From positions 1 through 47,581 of the forward strand of contig JAUCBJ010008342.1 in assembly GCA_032718475.1 (NCBI GenBank): 47,581 nucleotides of DNA, read 5' to 3'. Made by a program: the position numbers and the translations under genes. The stretch's first letter is position 1; each line of letters starts with the position of its first letter. Below are positions 35,501-47,191 of this stretch, piece by piece. The stretch comes from Nemertoderma westbladi. Its lineage: Eukaryota; Animalia; Xenacoelomorpha. The notes under the pieces were generated by a model. It saw only the letters and a program-made list of their open reading frames with translations. It was not told where the DNA came from and searched no databases.

Positions 35501-37920
35501 CAAGCTATACGTTTCTACACACAAGCACCAATCGGAGCTCGCGATACATCGAACGAAAGCTCTCGTCACGAGCACGTGCACTGTCGCTATCTCGAGTCTT
35601 ATTTTGCGCGTTTGTTTCCGTGAATGCAGATTTCGTGAATTTGGTACCGGTAGCGCGGTAGGCCTAGCAGTTCATTCTGTCACTCTACATGTTGGGTCAC
35701 GACTATTATGGTACTTTTTGATGCACATCTACGTGATGCAGACTGCCCCGAGAACATGGACGCAAAACGTCGTTATATCGAGGCTAATTTTATGTATCAT
35801 TTATGCGTGAAGGCGTATTATTGTGGTCAAATTGGGCTATACTGTACCATAACCATTTTCGGCCAAATTACTGATCAACCGGTTACACCATCAGTCTCAA
35901 TCTGTGATAATGAATATAATATAATATGATAAATGATACTTTGCAGATATGTTCCTGACCATAGACTGCGTGTTTGGGAGGACACTGATCAATCTGCAGA
36001 TCTCCTGTCTGCCGCTAGGGGGCGAAATGTGCGAAACTGAAAACCTTTTCCCATTTCGTTATTATTAAGGCCTTTTAATTGATACGTGGCAGAGGTATAC
36101 TACACCATAGGCTGTGTGTTTGCGGATGATGCTGACCAATCTTCAATTCCCCAGTCCGCCGCTAGGGGGAGAGATATCCGAAAGTGAAAACCTTATCCCA
36201 TGTCGTTGTTTCTAAGGCTTTTTTGCTGATACTTGGCAGAGATCTACTCTCCATAGACTGCGTGTTTGTGGAGAACTCTGGCCAATCTGCAATTCCTCTG
36301 TCTGCCGCTAGGGGGCGCAATGTCTGAAAGTGAAAACATTCACCCATTTCGTTATTTATAATGCTTTTTTGCTGGTACTTGGCAGAAGTCTACTACACCA
36401 TAGACTGCGTGTTTGTAGAGAACTCTGAATAATCTACAATTCCTCTGTCTGCCGGTAGGGGGCGCAATGTTTGAAAGTGAAAACTCTTCACCCGTTTCGT
36501 TGTTTTTAATGCTTTTAGGCTGACACTTGGCAGATGTGTATTACACCATAGGGTGTGTGTCTGGAGAGGACGACGAACAACCTGCAGTTCTCTATTCGGC
36601 CACTAGGGGGCGAATATCTGAATGTGAAAACCTTATCCCATTTTATGTTTATAATGTTTTTAGGCTGATACTTGTCAGAGGTCTACTTCATCAAAGACTG
36701 CGTGTTTATGGAGAACGCTGACCAATCTGCAATAGTCTCTTGTCTGCCGCTAGGGGGCGCAATGTCTGAAAGTGAAAACCTTTATGCATTTTATTGTTTA
36801 TAATGCTTTTTTGCTGTTACTTGGCAGTGGTCTACTACACCATAGGCTGTGTATTTGGGGAGGAGCTAGAACCAGTCTGCATTTATCCAGTCTACCGCTA
36901 GGGGGCCAAATGTCTTGAAAGTGAAAACCTTATCCCATTTCGTTATTAATATGCTTTCAGGCTGACACTTGCCAGATGTGTATTACACCATAGGGCGTGT
37001 ATCTGGGGAGGACGCCGAACAAACTGCAGTTCTCCATTCGGCCGCTAGGGGGCGAAATGTCTGAAAGTGAAAACCCTCTCCCATTTCGATGTTTATAATG
37101 CTTTTAGGCTGATGCTTGGCAGAGGTCTACTACACCATAGACTGCGTGTTTGAGGAGAACTCTGACCAATCTGCAATTTCTCAGTCTGCCGCTCGAGGGT
37201 GAAATGTCTGAAATGAAAACCTTCTTCCATTTCGTTGTTTCTAATGCTTTTTTTCTTATATTTGGGAAAGGTACTACACCATACATAGGCTGTGTGTTTG
37301 GGGCGGATGCTAACCAGTCTGCAGTTCTCCAGTATACTGCTAGGGTGCGAAATGTCTGAAAAGTGAAAACATTCTCACATTTATTTATTAAAAATGCATT
37401 TAGGCTGATACTTGGCAGAGGTCTACTGTACTACATCATTGGCTGCGTCTTTGGGAAGGACGTTGACCACTCTGCAGTTCTCCAGTCCGCCACTAGGGGA
37501 CGAATTATCTGAAAGTGAAATCCTTCTCCCATTTAAATTCTTTAGAGTTGATTCTTGGCAGCGATCTAAAATTACTGTACAGTACCTACTAAACTAAATA
37601 AACTACAGTATAGGTTGTGTTTACGAGGATGTTCTACAGTTTAACCTTTTTCCATATTTTTACTATTTTGTAATCCTTTGGAAATGATACTTGGTAGGCA
37701 TTTACTACAGTATATACAACAAGCCTTATGTTGTACATAGTAGTTTGTAGTAAAATAGCTTCAGAAATTTTGTTTGAGAGAACAGTCAATCATGTGACGT
37801 TTTGTTAAGTTAAGTTAATTAATTAATTACAGAATTAATGTTTGGAATGGTGAATAGGCTTGTGAACTAGAAAGCCGTGGCCCGAAGGGCCACTGGCTTT
37901 CTAGTATTTATATATATAGA
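33414..37920 (-). mobile_element. Non-autonomous Helitron H1 (33414-35439 plus a 16-nt 5' stub at 37905-37920), split by H2
   Basis: The minus strand starts TCTATATATATAAATA|TCATGTG(TCTG)n and ends with the GTGGCCCGAAGGGCCAC hairpin plus GGCTTTATAG (CTAG with one substitution); internal ~147-bp array. Confidence 0.8.
35440..37904 (+). mobile_element. Non-autonomous Helitron H2 (complete)
   Basis: 5'-TC, (TCTG)n, about 11 ~147-bp units, 3' hairpin GTGGCCCGAAGGGCCAC and terminal CTAG; inserted between A (35439) and T (37905) with no TSD. Confidence 0.88.
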
Positions 37921-40274
37921 CTAGAAAGCCTGTGGCCCTTCGGGCCACAGCTTTCTAGTGCACGTGCAGATGATATATGAATATGTGTGGGAGATTTGAG
38001 AACTGCATACGGAACAGACACCATCATTAAATAAAACACCACTCCCATAAGAGATAACTGTCAAGTTTCAACTTTAGGCAGATTGTAAATAACAAAATTT
38101 CCAGAAAATGATCACTTTCAGATCCACCCTCTACCTGCGGACTGGTGAAATGCAGACGGCGCTGCAGTTTGGTAAAGATGGGGTTTATGGTGAAGTAAAA
38201 TGCCTGCCTTTCAAGTTTCAGCTTAAACAGATTGTAAATAACAAAATTGGTGTAGATGTTCATATTCAAACATTTCACCCTCTAGCGGTAGACTGAAGAA
38301 CTGTAGACGACTCTAGGATTCCGTAAAGATACAGAATATGCTGTAGTAGATTCCTGCCAAGTTCCAGCTCAATAGGATTAAAAAGAACCAAATGGGATGA
38401 GGTGTTCACTATCAGATATTTCGCCCTCTAGCGTCAAATGGGGGGACTGTATACAACTCTGCGAATCCGTAAAGGTACAGCCTATGTTGTAGTAGATGCC
38501 TACCAAGTTTCAGTCTAAACCGTTAGTAAATAACAAAGTTGGAGAAGATGTTAACTTTCAGACATTTCACCCTCTAGCGGTAGACTGGGGAAGTGTATAG
38601 GACTCTGCAACTCCGTAAAGATACAGCCTATGATGTAGTAGATACCTGCCAAGTTTCAGCTCAAAATGATTAAAAAGAACCAAATGGGATGAGGTTTTCA
38701 CTATAAGACAATTCCCCCTCTAGCGGCTGACTGTGGAACTGTAGACGACTCTACTACTCCACAAAGATATAGCCTATGCTATAGTAGATGTCTACCAAGT
38801 TTCAGTCTAAAAGGATTGTAAATAACAAAGTTGGAGGAGATGTTAACTTTCATACATTTCGCCCTCTAGCGGCAGACGCGGGTAATGTAGACAACTCTGC
38901 GCGACTCAGTAAAGATATAGCCTATGCTGTAGTAGATGCCTACCAAGTTCAGTCTAAATGGATTATAAATAACAAAGTTGGAGAAGATGGTAACTTTCAG
39001 ACATTTCACCCTCTAGCGGTAGACTGGGGAAGTGTATAGGACTCTGCAACTCCGTAAAGATAGAGCCTAGGATGTAGTAGATACCTGCCAAGTTTCAGCT
39101 CAAAAGGATTAAAAAGAACCAAATGGGATGAGGTTTTCACTATCAGACAATTCGCCCTCTTGCGGCTGACTGTGGAACTGTAGACGACTCTACTACTCCG
39201 CAAAGATATAGCCTATGCTGTAGTAGATGCCTACCAAGTTTCAGTCAAAACGGATTGTAAATAATAAAGTTGGAGAAGATGTTAACTCTCAGACATTTAG
39301 CCCTCTAACGGTAGACTGAGGAACTGTAGACAACCCAGTGACTCCGGAAATATACAGCCTATGCTGCAGTATATAGCTACCACGTTTCAGCTCAAAAGCA
39401 TTAAAAACAACCCTATAAGATCAGGTTTTCACTATCGGATAATTCGCCCTCTAGCGGCAGACGGTGGAACTTCAGACGGCTCTGAGTATTACGTTGCAAC
39501 GAGTTAGGGCGAGACCTATCTAACGAGCTATAGTAAGCGAGATTTCATCGAGATTAGATGTATAATATTAGATAAAATAATAATACAGTAAGTACAGGCG
39601 TAGAGAAATAATTATTTTACTTTTAATATTCATAACAGTAAAACAAAAATGTTATAAACCTCTCCTTCCATGCAGCCAATGATTGAGAAAGCAGAATTAC
39701 TCTGAGCAATTTGCAATAGACAACCCAAACCCACCCCAATCAACACTCCAGCCTGCTTGCTCCTTATCTGTGCCCAGCCAGCTAGCTGCGAGTTCAATAA
39801 TTACCTTAACGTTGCTATGATACAGAAAACAATCCTTCCCTATTCAATACCAATAGGCCAATTCGATCGTGCTTGGCGAATATGACATATTTATACACTA
39901 TTTGATTTTTAATTAATAAATAATCATACATATTTATATTAAACACTCGAATAAAATAAAAACTTTGTGAGAATGGGACACGGCGAATCTACCCATGTTA
40001 ATTTTATACTAGGTGGGATAAATGTTAGCCCTCTAAATCATTAATTACCGATAGAAGAACCGAAATAATTCAATAAACTTCGCCCTAAAATCACGAAAAT
40101 CGCCCTCTAGCGGCAGACGGGCGAACTTCAGACGACTCTGAGTATTACGTTGCAACGAGTTAGAGCGAGACCTTTCTAACGAGATATAGCAAGCGAGATT
40201 TCATCGAGATGGGTTCGATTGTATAGCCGATGACAAACACACAGACAGACAGACAGACAATCGATATTTATATA
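37921..40274 (-). mobile_element. Non-autonomous Helitron H3 (second subfamily, 146-bp array)
   Basis: 3' CTAG and hairpin at 37921-37958; the 5' region TATATAAATATCGATTG(TCTG)n lacks the first few bases (TC..). Confidence 0.82.
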
Positions 40275-42296
40275 CTAGAAAGCCTGTGGCCCTTCGGGCC
40301 ACAGCTTTCTAGTGCACGTGCAGATGATATATGAATATGTGTGGGAGATTTGAGAACTGCATACGGAACAGACACCATCATTAAATAAAACACCACCCCC
40401 ATAAGAGATAACTGTCAAGTTTCAACTTTAGGCAGATTGTAAATAACAAAATTTCCAGAAAATGATCACTTTCAGATCCACCCTCTACCTGCGGACTGGT
40501 GAAATGCAGACGGCGCTGCAGTTTGGTAAAGATGGGGTTTATGGTGAAGTAAAATGCCTGCCTTTCAAGTTTCAGCTTAAACAGATTGTAAATAACAAAA
40601 TTGATGTAGATGTTCACATTCAGACATTTCACCCTCTAGCGGTAGACTGAAGAACTGTGGACGACTCTGGGACTCCGTAAAGATACAGAATATGCTGTAG
40701 TAGATTCCTGCCAAGTTCCAGCTCAATAGGATTAAAAAGAACCAAATGGGATGAGGTGTTCACTATCAGATATGTCGCCCTCTAGCGGCAGATGGGGGGA
40801 CTGTATACAACTCTGTGACTCCGTAAAGGTACAGCCTATGCTGTAGTAGATGCCTACCAAGTTTCAGTCTAAACCGTTAGTAAATAACAAAGTTGGAGAA
40901 GATGTTAACTTTCAGACATTTCACCCTCTAGCGGTAGACTGGGGAAGTGAATAGGATTCTGCAACCCCGTAAAGATACAGCCTATGATGTAGTAGATACC
41001 AACCAAGTTTCAGCTCCAAATGATTAAAAAGAACCAAATGGGATGAGGTGTTCACTATCAGATATGTCGCCCTCTAGCGGCAGATGGGGGGACTGTATAC
41101 AACTCTGTAACTCCGTAAAGGTACAGCCTATGCTGTAGTAGATGCCTACCAAGTTTCAGTCTAAACCGTTAGTAAATAACAAAGTTGGAGAAGATGTTAA
41201 CTTTCAGACAATTCGCCCTCTAGCGGCTGACTGTGGAACTGTAGACGACTCTACTACTCCGCAAAGATATAGCCTATGCTATAGTAGATGCCTACCAAGT
41301 TTCAGTCTAAAAGGATTGTAAATAACAAAGTTGGAGGAGATGTTAACTTTCATACATTTCGCCCTCTAGCGGCAGACGCGGGTAATGTAGACAACTCTGC
41401 GCGACTCAGTAAAGATATAGCCTATGCTGTAGTAGATGCCTACCAAGTTCAGTCTAAATGGATTATAAATAACAAAGTTGGAGAAGATGTTAACTTTCAG
41501 ACATTTCGCCCTCTAGCGGTAGACTGGGGAATTGTAGACGACTCTGCGACTCAGTAAAGATACAGCCTATGCTGTAGTAGATGCCTACCAAGTTTCAGTC
41601 TAAACGGATTGTAAATAACAAAGTTGGAGAAGATGTTAACTCTCAGACATTTAGCCCTCTAACGGTAGACTGGGGAACTGTAGACAACTCTGTGACTCCG
41701 GAAATATACAGCCTATGCTGCAGTATATAGCTACCAAGTTTCAGCTCAAAGGCATTAAAAACAACCCAATGAGATCAGGTTTTCACTATCGGACAATTCG
41801 CCCTCTAGCGGCAGATGGGGGAACTTCAGACGGCTCTGAGTCTTACGTTGCAACGAGTTAGGGCGAGACCTATCTAACGAGCTATAGTAAGCGAGATTTC
41901 ATCGAGATTAGATGTATAATATTAGATAAAATAATAATACAGTAAGTATAGGCCTACAGAAATAATTATTTTACTTTTAATATTCATAACAGTAAAACAA
42001 AAATGTTATAAACCTCTCCTTCCATGCAGCCAATGATTGAGAAAGCAGAATTACACTTGAGCAGTTCGCAACAGACAACCCAAACCCACCCCAATCAACA
42101 CTCCAGCCTGGCTTGCTCCTTATCTGTGCCCAGCTAGCTGCGATTTCAATATTTACCTTAACGTTGCTATGATACAGAAAAAAATCCTTCCCTATTCACT
42201 ACAGCACTAAGAATAGGCCAATTCGATCGTGCTTGGCGAATATGACATATTTATACACTATTTGATTTTTAATCAATAAATAATCATACATATTTA
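40275..42296 (-). mobile_element. Non-autonomous Helitron H4 (near-copy of H3), interrupted by the IS3EU-like element
   Basis: Colinear with 37921-~39936; homology stops at catatttata|. Confidence 0.82.
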
Positions 42297-42650
42297 TATG
42301 GTGGCCCTGAGCGGCCAAAAGTTTGTTTGTTGTAATCTTTTTTTTTTGTTCACCCGACTTTTGTAAACTCGTTCGAACGACTTTACAAAACTCGGGAAAA
42401 CAAATCTAATTGGCTGGAGTGGTTTCTATACCAACAAACATCCAATCAAGTTTGTTTCCCCGACTTTTGCAAACTCGTTCGAACGACTTTACAAAACTCG
42501 GGAAAACAAAAGTTTGTTTTTTGTAATCTTTTTTTTTTGTTCTACCCGACTTTTGTAAACTCGTTCGAACGACTTTACAAAACTCAGGGAAACAAATCTA
42601 ATTGGCTGGAGTGGTTTCTCTACCAACAAACATCAAATCAAGTTTGTTTC
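42297..42650 (+). repeat. Left TIR with three 44-bp imperfect palindromes
   Basis: CCCGACTTTTG(T/C)AAACTCGTTCGAACGACTTTACAAAACTCGGG at about 42353, 42458 and 42545. Confidence 0.9.
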
Positions 42651-42844
42651 TATAAATAAGCCAATCAGACTGAAGCTGCAGTATCCTTGATCACCTTTTT
42701 TTATCGAATCGGTAAACAGTACCTGTGAATTAATATTAATGTGGGCAATTTAAAAAAGATTCGATGTGGTAGCCAGGCCGATTACAGTTTTGAGTTGAAC
42801 ATATTCTGCATTTGAATTGTCTCATTATTAGAATATTACTTAAA

Positions 42845-44074
42845 ATGTCTCAAAATAATTATCTTCCTTTTACATTTTCTGAAGGCTGTAACAGATTTTC
42901 TGTAAATGATTTGATAACTGTCTATTTCTATTTCCAATTCACCGCTAAGGAGACAGCCTCTATGTTAAACTCGGTTCATAATATTGCTCTATCCGAAAGA
43001 TCAGTACGAAGATATAAAGCCAATATGAATCTCCACAGTAGAGATTACGATACTTCGTTTGAGGAAATATTATCCGGAATATTGGTGGAAATTTTTGAGT
43101 ACGGTGGTATAAATTGTGGATACCGATCAATTTGTAAAAGATTATGGTCCAGATCGTTTATTAATGTCTCTAAGGAAACTGTTAGACTTATTTTGAAATA
43201 TGTAGATCCTGAAGGCGTAAAATCTCGCTTACGAAAAACACTTCATCGACGTACGCGATACCATTCTAAAGGTTCTAATCACACGGTTCATATTGATGGA
43301 TATGATAAGTTAAAGCCCTACGGCTTTCCAATTCATGGGGCAATAGACGGGTTCTCAAGGAGAGTACTCTGGTTAAATGTCTTGCCGAGTAACAACGATC
43401 CTAAAATTGTTGTTGGTGCTTATTTTAATTTTCTTAAAGAATGCGGCCGGCTCCCTTACTTAATTAGAGTTGATGCCGGAACCGAAAATGTTATTATTAA
43501 ACGCCTCCACAAAGAACTGCGGTCGAGTTGTAACGATTCAAGGCGAAATAATTCTATAATAACAGGAAGTTCCGTATACAATACTAGAATTGAGCGATTC
43601 TGGCGCGATTTGCGATCTAATGTGGTTCAGTTTCTGATAGACCTATTCCAAAGTATGGTTAATAGTGGGTTTTATAATACAACCAATCCTATCCACATTC
43701 AAACAGCAAGATATTGTTTTTTTGAACTAATACAAACACAGCTAAACTTTTTTATGCAGACATGGAACACACACAGAATGCGACGTAACCGCAAGATTGA
43801 TTGGATTGGAGGAATCCCCGATGTGCTTTATGCTTGTCCTGAAGTATATGGTAAAAAGGACTGTTCTGTAGAATTATCTATATCTCATTCGGAACTGGAA
43901 TTCATATCGCATAGAATCGTTGGTAATGTAACACCCGACTGTAATCCCGACTTTATTGAGCTCCTAGAACTTGCATTCTTGGGAAATGTTCCAGCCGCAC
44001 CCCAATCATATGAATCTGCAATTACAACTTTCACAGTAATTCTAGAACAATTGGAAGATTTGGGTCTTGAATGA
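42845..44074 (+). CDS. DDE integrase-core transposase (IS3/IS481-like eukaryotic family), intact, 409 aa from the first ATG
   Basis: N-terminal HTH-like LSERSVRR; GYRSI; HIDGYDKLKPYGFPIHGAIDGFSR; NNDP; RVDAGTEN; GSSVYNTRIERFW; WNTHRMR. Confidence 0.9.
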   Translation: MSQNNYLPFTFSEGCNRFSVNDLITVYFYFQFTAKETASMLNSVHNIALSERSVRRYKANMNLHSRDYDTSFEEILSGILVEIFEYGGINCGYRSICKRLWSRSFINVSKETVRLILKYVDPEGVKSRLRKTLHRRTRYHSKGSNHTVHIDGYDKLKPYGFPIHGAIDGFSRRVLWLNVLPSNNDPKIVVGAYFNFLKECGRLPYLIRVDAGTENVIIKRLHKELRSSCNDSRRNNSIITGSSVYNTRIERFWRDLRSNVVQFLIDLFQSMVNSGFYNTTNPIHIQTARYCFFELIQTQLNFFMQTWNTHRMRRNRKIDWIGGIPDVLYACPEVYGKKDCSVELSISHSELEFISHRIVGNVTPDCNPDFIELLELAFLGNVPAAPQSYESAITTFTVILEQLEDLGLE

Positions 44075-44284
44075 TTTTCGAATTTTTACTATGTATAGGA
44101 ATTTTAAGGGGGGGGGGGGGGGCTACTCCTTTGTTATTAATTGTTATTAATTAACAATTATTAATTGTAATAATTGTTCTTAATTAATATTCCAAGTCAA
44201 ATTTATTAAAGAAGGTAAGTAAGTGTTTCACGGATAACGACTTTTTTAATCTTTACTAGACAAAACAAACATTGCAACCATGAA

Positions 44285-44471
44285 TAAACTACTGTAAACA
44301 TCTATAAACTACTGTAAACATCTATAAACTACTGTAAACATCTATAAACTACTGTAAACTTCTATAAACTACTGTAAACATCTATAAACTACTGTAAACA
44401 TCTATAAACTACTGTAAACTTCTATAAACTACTGTAAACATCTATAAACTACTGTAAACTTCTATAAACTA
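44285..44471. repeat. 20-bp minisatellite (ACTGTAAACATCTATAAACT)n, about 9 copies, between the convergent stop codons
   Basis: Directly visible, with A/T variants. Confidence 0.95.
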
Positions 44472-44546
44472 CCGGTACTGTAAACACCCACAAACTGCTG
44501 GAAATACCTACGTACATATACAGTAGGTGTACATAAATCACAAATT

Positions 44547-45691
44547 CTAAATAATATTGAACTTAAAAGTTTCCTGTGAGTTTTTAAGTATGCATTCAAA
44601 CTCCTGCCTCAACTGGCGGTAATATCGATATGTCGTTGGCAACACAAGTACGGGGCCACAAGTACGCGCTATTGGTCGCCTGGCAGCCCCATCTAATTTC
44701 ACGAATTCTATAGAAATCACTTTAACACTAACAATGTCGGAGCCGGTCATAAATCTCAGTAAGGCTCTTAAACCTTTACCATCCTGAGCCCGTATAAATT
44801 GTTGAAAAAATTTAAAACATCGGCTCTCACATTCAGTAGATGGTATAGTAGTTGAAAATAGCCCTAGGACTGAGTGAATTGTTGCTTTCTTTGATTCATA
44901 TAGCGAATTTATAGATTCTACAAGGGGTAATTCATTGATAAAGAAGCTCCGAGCTACAGTAGAAATCATCTCAGACGCGTAACTACTCTGTTGAATAAGT
45001 TGCTTGTGTGCAGACTGAATAATTACTGATTTCATGTTTTCTTGACTAGGTATCACTGAATGGTATCCGAAACGTTCTAAAATATCGGATAATTCATCCT
45101 GTTCATCATCATTTAATGTGGAATTAAGGGCTTGTTGTATTACATCATTATCAGAAGGTGACAGATATGAGCAGAATGAATCTAAAAGTATTTCATTAGT
45201 TACAGCATCTTCACCGTGAATAGTAGCAATTACAAATGCTGGTGCCAACATTAAAGGGAAAAAGCCACAATCTTTAAAGCCTTTAACTAATATTCGACCA
45301 ACACTTTTCCATTCTTCCTGCTGAAATTCTGGGCAAAGTGCAGGTACTCTGTAATTTTCACCGTCAGCCACTTGGTCAAAAAACTCCTCCCAGAATCCAG
45401 TATAAGCGTCTCTCGAGATTCCTTCATAGTCAGCCCCAATCTCATCTACGAACTTTACCGTCAAGGGCACATCTATAATTCCCTCGTGCTTAAAAAACTC
45501 GATCATATCTTTAAAAATAGTAGTGCGGTTGATTGTCAGGTTTTCTTGTTTAAGTAAAAACTCATTAGGGTCATAAGCGATTTGGGCGTCTGTATCACTA
45601 TCATTGTCAATTATTGGTTCAATGCTTTCATACAATAGGGTGTAAACATTAAGCCGACAGCCGTCTATTTTGATAATTTTTAACTTTATAA
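44547..45691 (-). CDS. HECT-domain E3 ubiquitin ligase (G2E3-like), terminal exon
   Basis: INRTTIFKDMI...EIGADYEGISRDAYTGFWEEF...VGRILVKG...LLRFMTGSD...RRPIARTCGPVLVLPTTY (candidate catalytic Cys), ending F-N-I-I. The frame is open from a candidate tttacag acceptor at 45692. Confidence 0.85.
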
Positions 45692-46065
45692 CTGTAAATC
45701 CGGTAAATTATTGTTTTCAAAAAATAATAAAAATAAGAAGATAAATAAATAACTAAAAGATAAGATATCCTCTCCCACACTCAAACCCTGCAACATGGTA
45801 CCATGTGCTATAGGTTTAATTAATTCAGTTTAATGGGAGGACTCCAAATTCCCCCAAAAATACCAAGCCCCATTTTTATCTCCCCCCCCCCCCCCCCCCT
45901 CCCGCATTACCCGCATTTTGAGTTATTTTCCTCATTATTTACCCTCGTGTCAGTAATAAAATATATTATTACTGACCCTAGCGTAAGTAACTCGGTGGGG
46001 GTGGGGTGGGGGGGGGGGGGGGTGTTTGTTTCGGAAATCCGGAATAGCTGTCGGCTGACATGGTG

Positions 46066-46913
46066 TCAGCTAATGCAGTCGGCCGACGGCTTAAAGTTTA
46101 CCCCCCTTTCATCAAATCCAAAACGATGTGGAGCCCGCACAGTATCGCGTGGACGGAAATCGTATGAACTACTACCAGCAGTTGCTGTCGATCTATAAAC
46201 TTCTTCAATATCACTTTGGTTGTTGATCGTTAATGGAATTGGTTCAGCCCAATCTTCCGGTGTTGGTGTAACAGCAACAGATTCATTTACACCAAGGATC
46301 CCACGATTTGCATCATTATCATGGGTTGTTGTGGGGTTGCGATCTTGACTACTCATTCCTGCTGTATGTTCAGTCGCACTGGTGACAGGTTCTTGGTAAC
46401 GCGATCCTACGTAAAACCTCAAAGTTTTAAATCCAGTTCGAGTGTAATATTCAGCTACAGTTTTATTTAAGTCTTCTTCACTGCAAACATTATTGGCCCA
46501 GTCCATTAAATGATATTCGAAGTTTTCTCTCCTTCCGAATGAATTTTCGCCATTTGGATAAAATAGGTCGATGCCAGTGGTCAAAACATTACGGATCGTA
46601 GATTGTTTATCAAATCGGATACTTCGAGTCCCACCACCTTTAGAAGTTCTAATTTGAATAAATCGTTATTCTGACAAACTTTCCATCCAATTTCTATGTT
46701 ACGGGTAGAACGACACGCATTTCTATTCCCCTGATAATTGTCTATAGTTTTATGATGGGCTTTAACGGTTCTTGTTTTAGGCGACTTGGGCTTCTTGTAT
46801 CGCTTATGAGATCGGACACGTTCAATTAACGCATTCAGTCGCTTCTTTCTTTCCTTTTGGAAGTCCTCCAGATCAGAAATTTCAGACGTAACTGAGGAAT
46901 TACTACTGGACAT
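46066..46913 (-). CDS. Probable N-terminal exon(s) of the HECT gene; 1-nt frameshift near 46660; splice donor unresolved
   Basis: RNIEIGW, then in the shifted frame IQIRTSKGGGTRSIRF...IDLFYPNGENSFG...LRFYV. Same strand and upstream of the HECT exon, separated by low-complexity intron-like DNA. Confidence 0.6.
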
Positions 46914-47191
46914 AACAGAGGTATGCTAATAGGATCCCCACAAATATACCGCACAACACATTAGGCCGTCAACACTCATACTGAGATTGCCTACAGTACA
47001 GATACATACAGTAGGCCTTCAGAAACAACTGCTCCTTAGTATTAGTTTAACATAAATGAACCTAAACCTGTAGTAACAAAGAAGTATATCATGTTAATTT
47101 TCCCACGCCAATTAAACCTACTTCGTGTATTAGTTCATTGGTTGTTAGGGAGACAGGAGCAACTAATATATTTTGGAAATTCACTAGCCAA

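Noticed and set aside
34977-35929. Mirror-image ORF pairs flanking the palindrome centre
   Set aside because: They arise from the (TCTG)n 5' region of two inverted Helitron copies; no Rep/helicase motifs.
33700-41820. 146-147-bp arrays as CRISPR or tRNA/5S clusters
   Set aside because: The whole unit is repeated with no spacers, and I recognised no cloverleaf or Pol III boxes.
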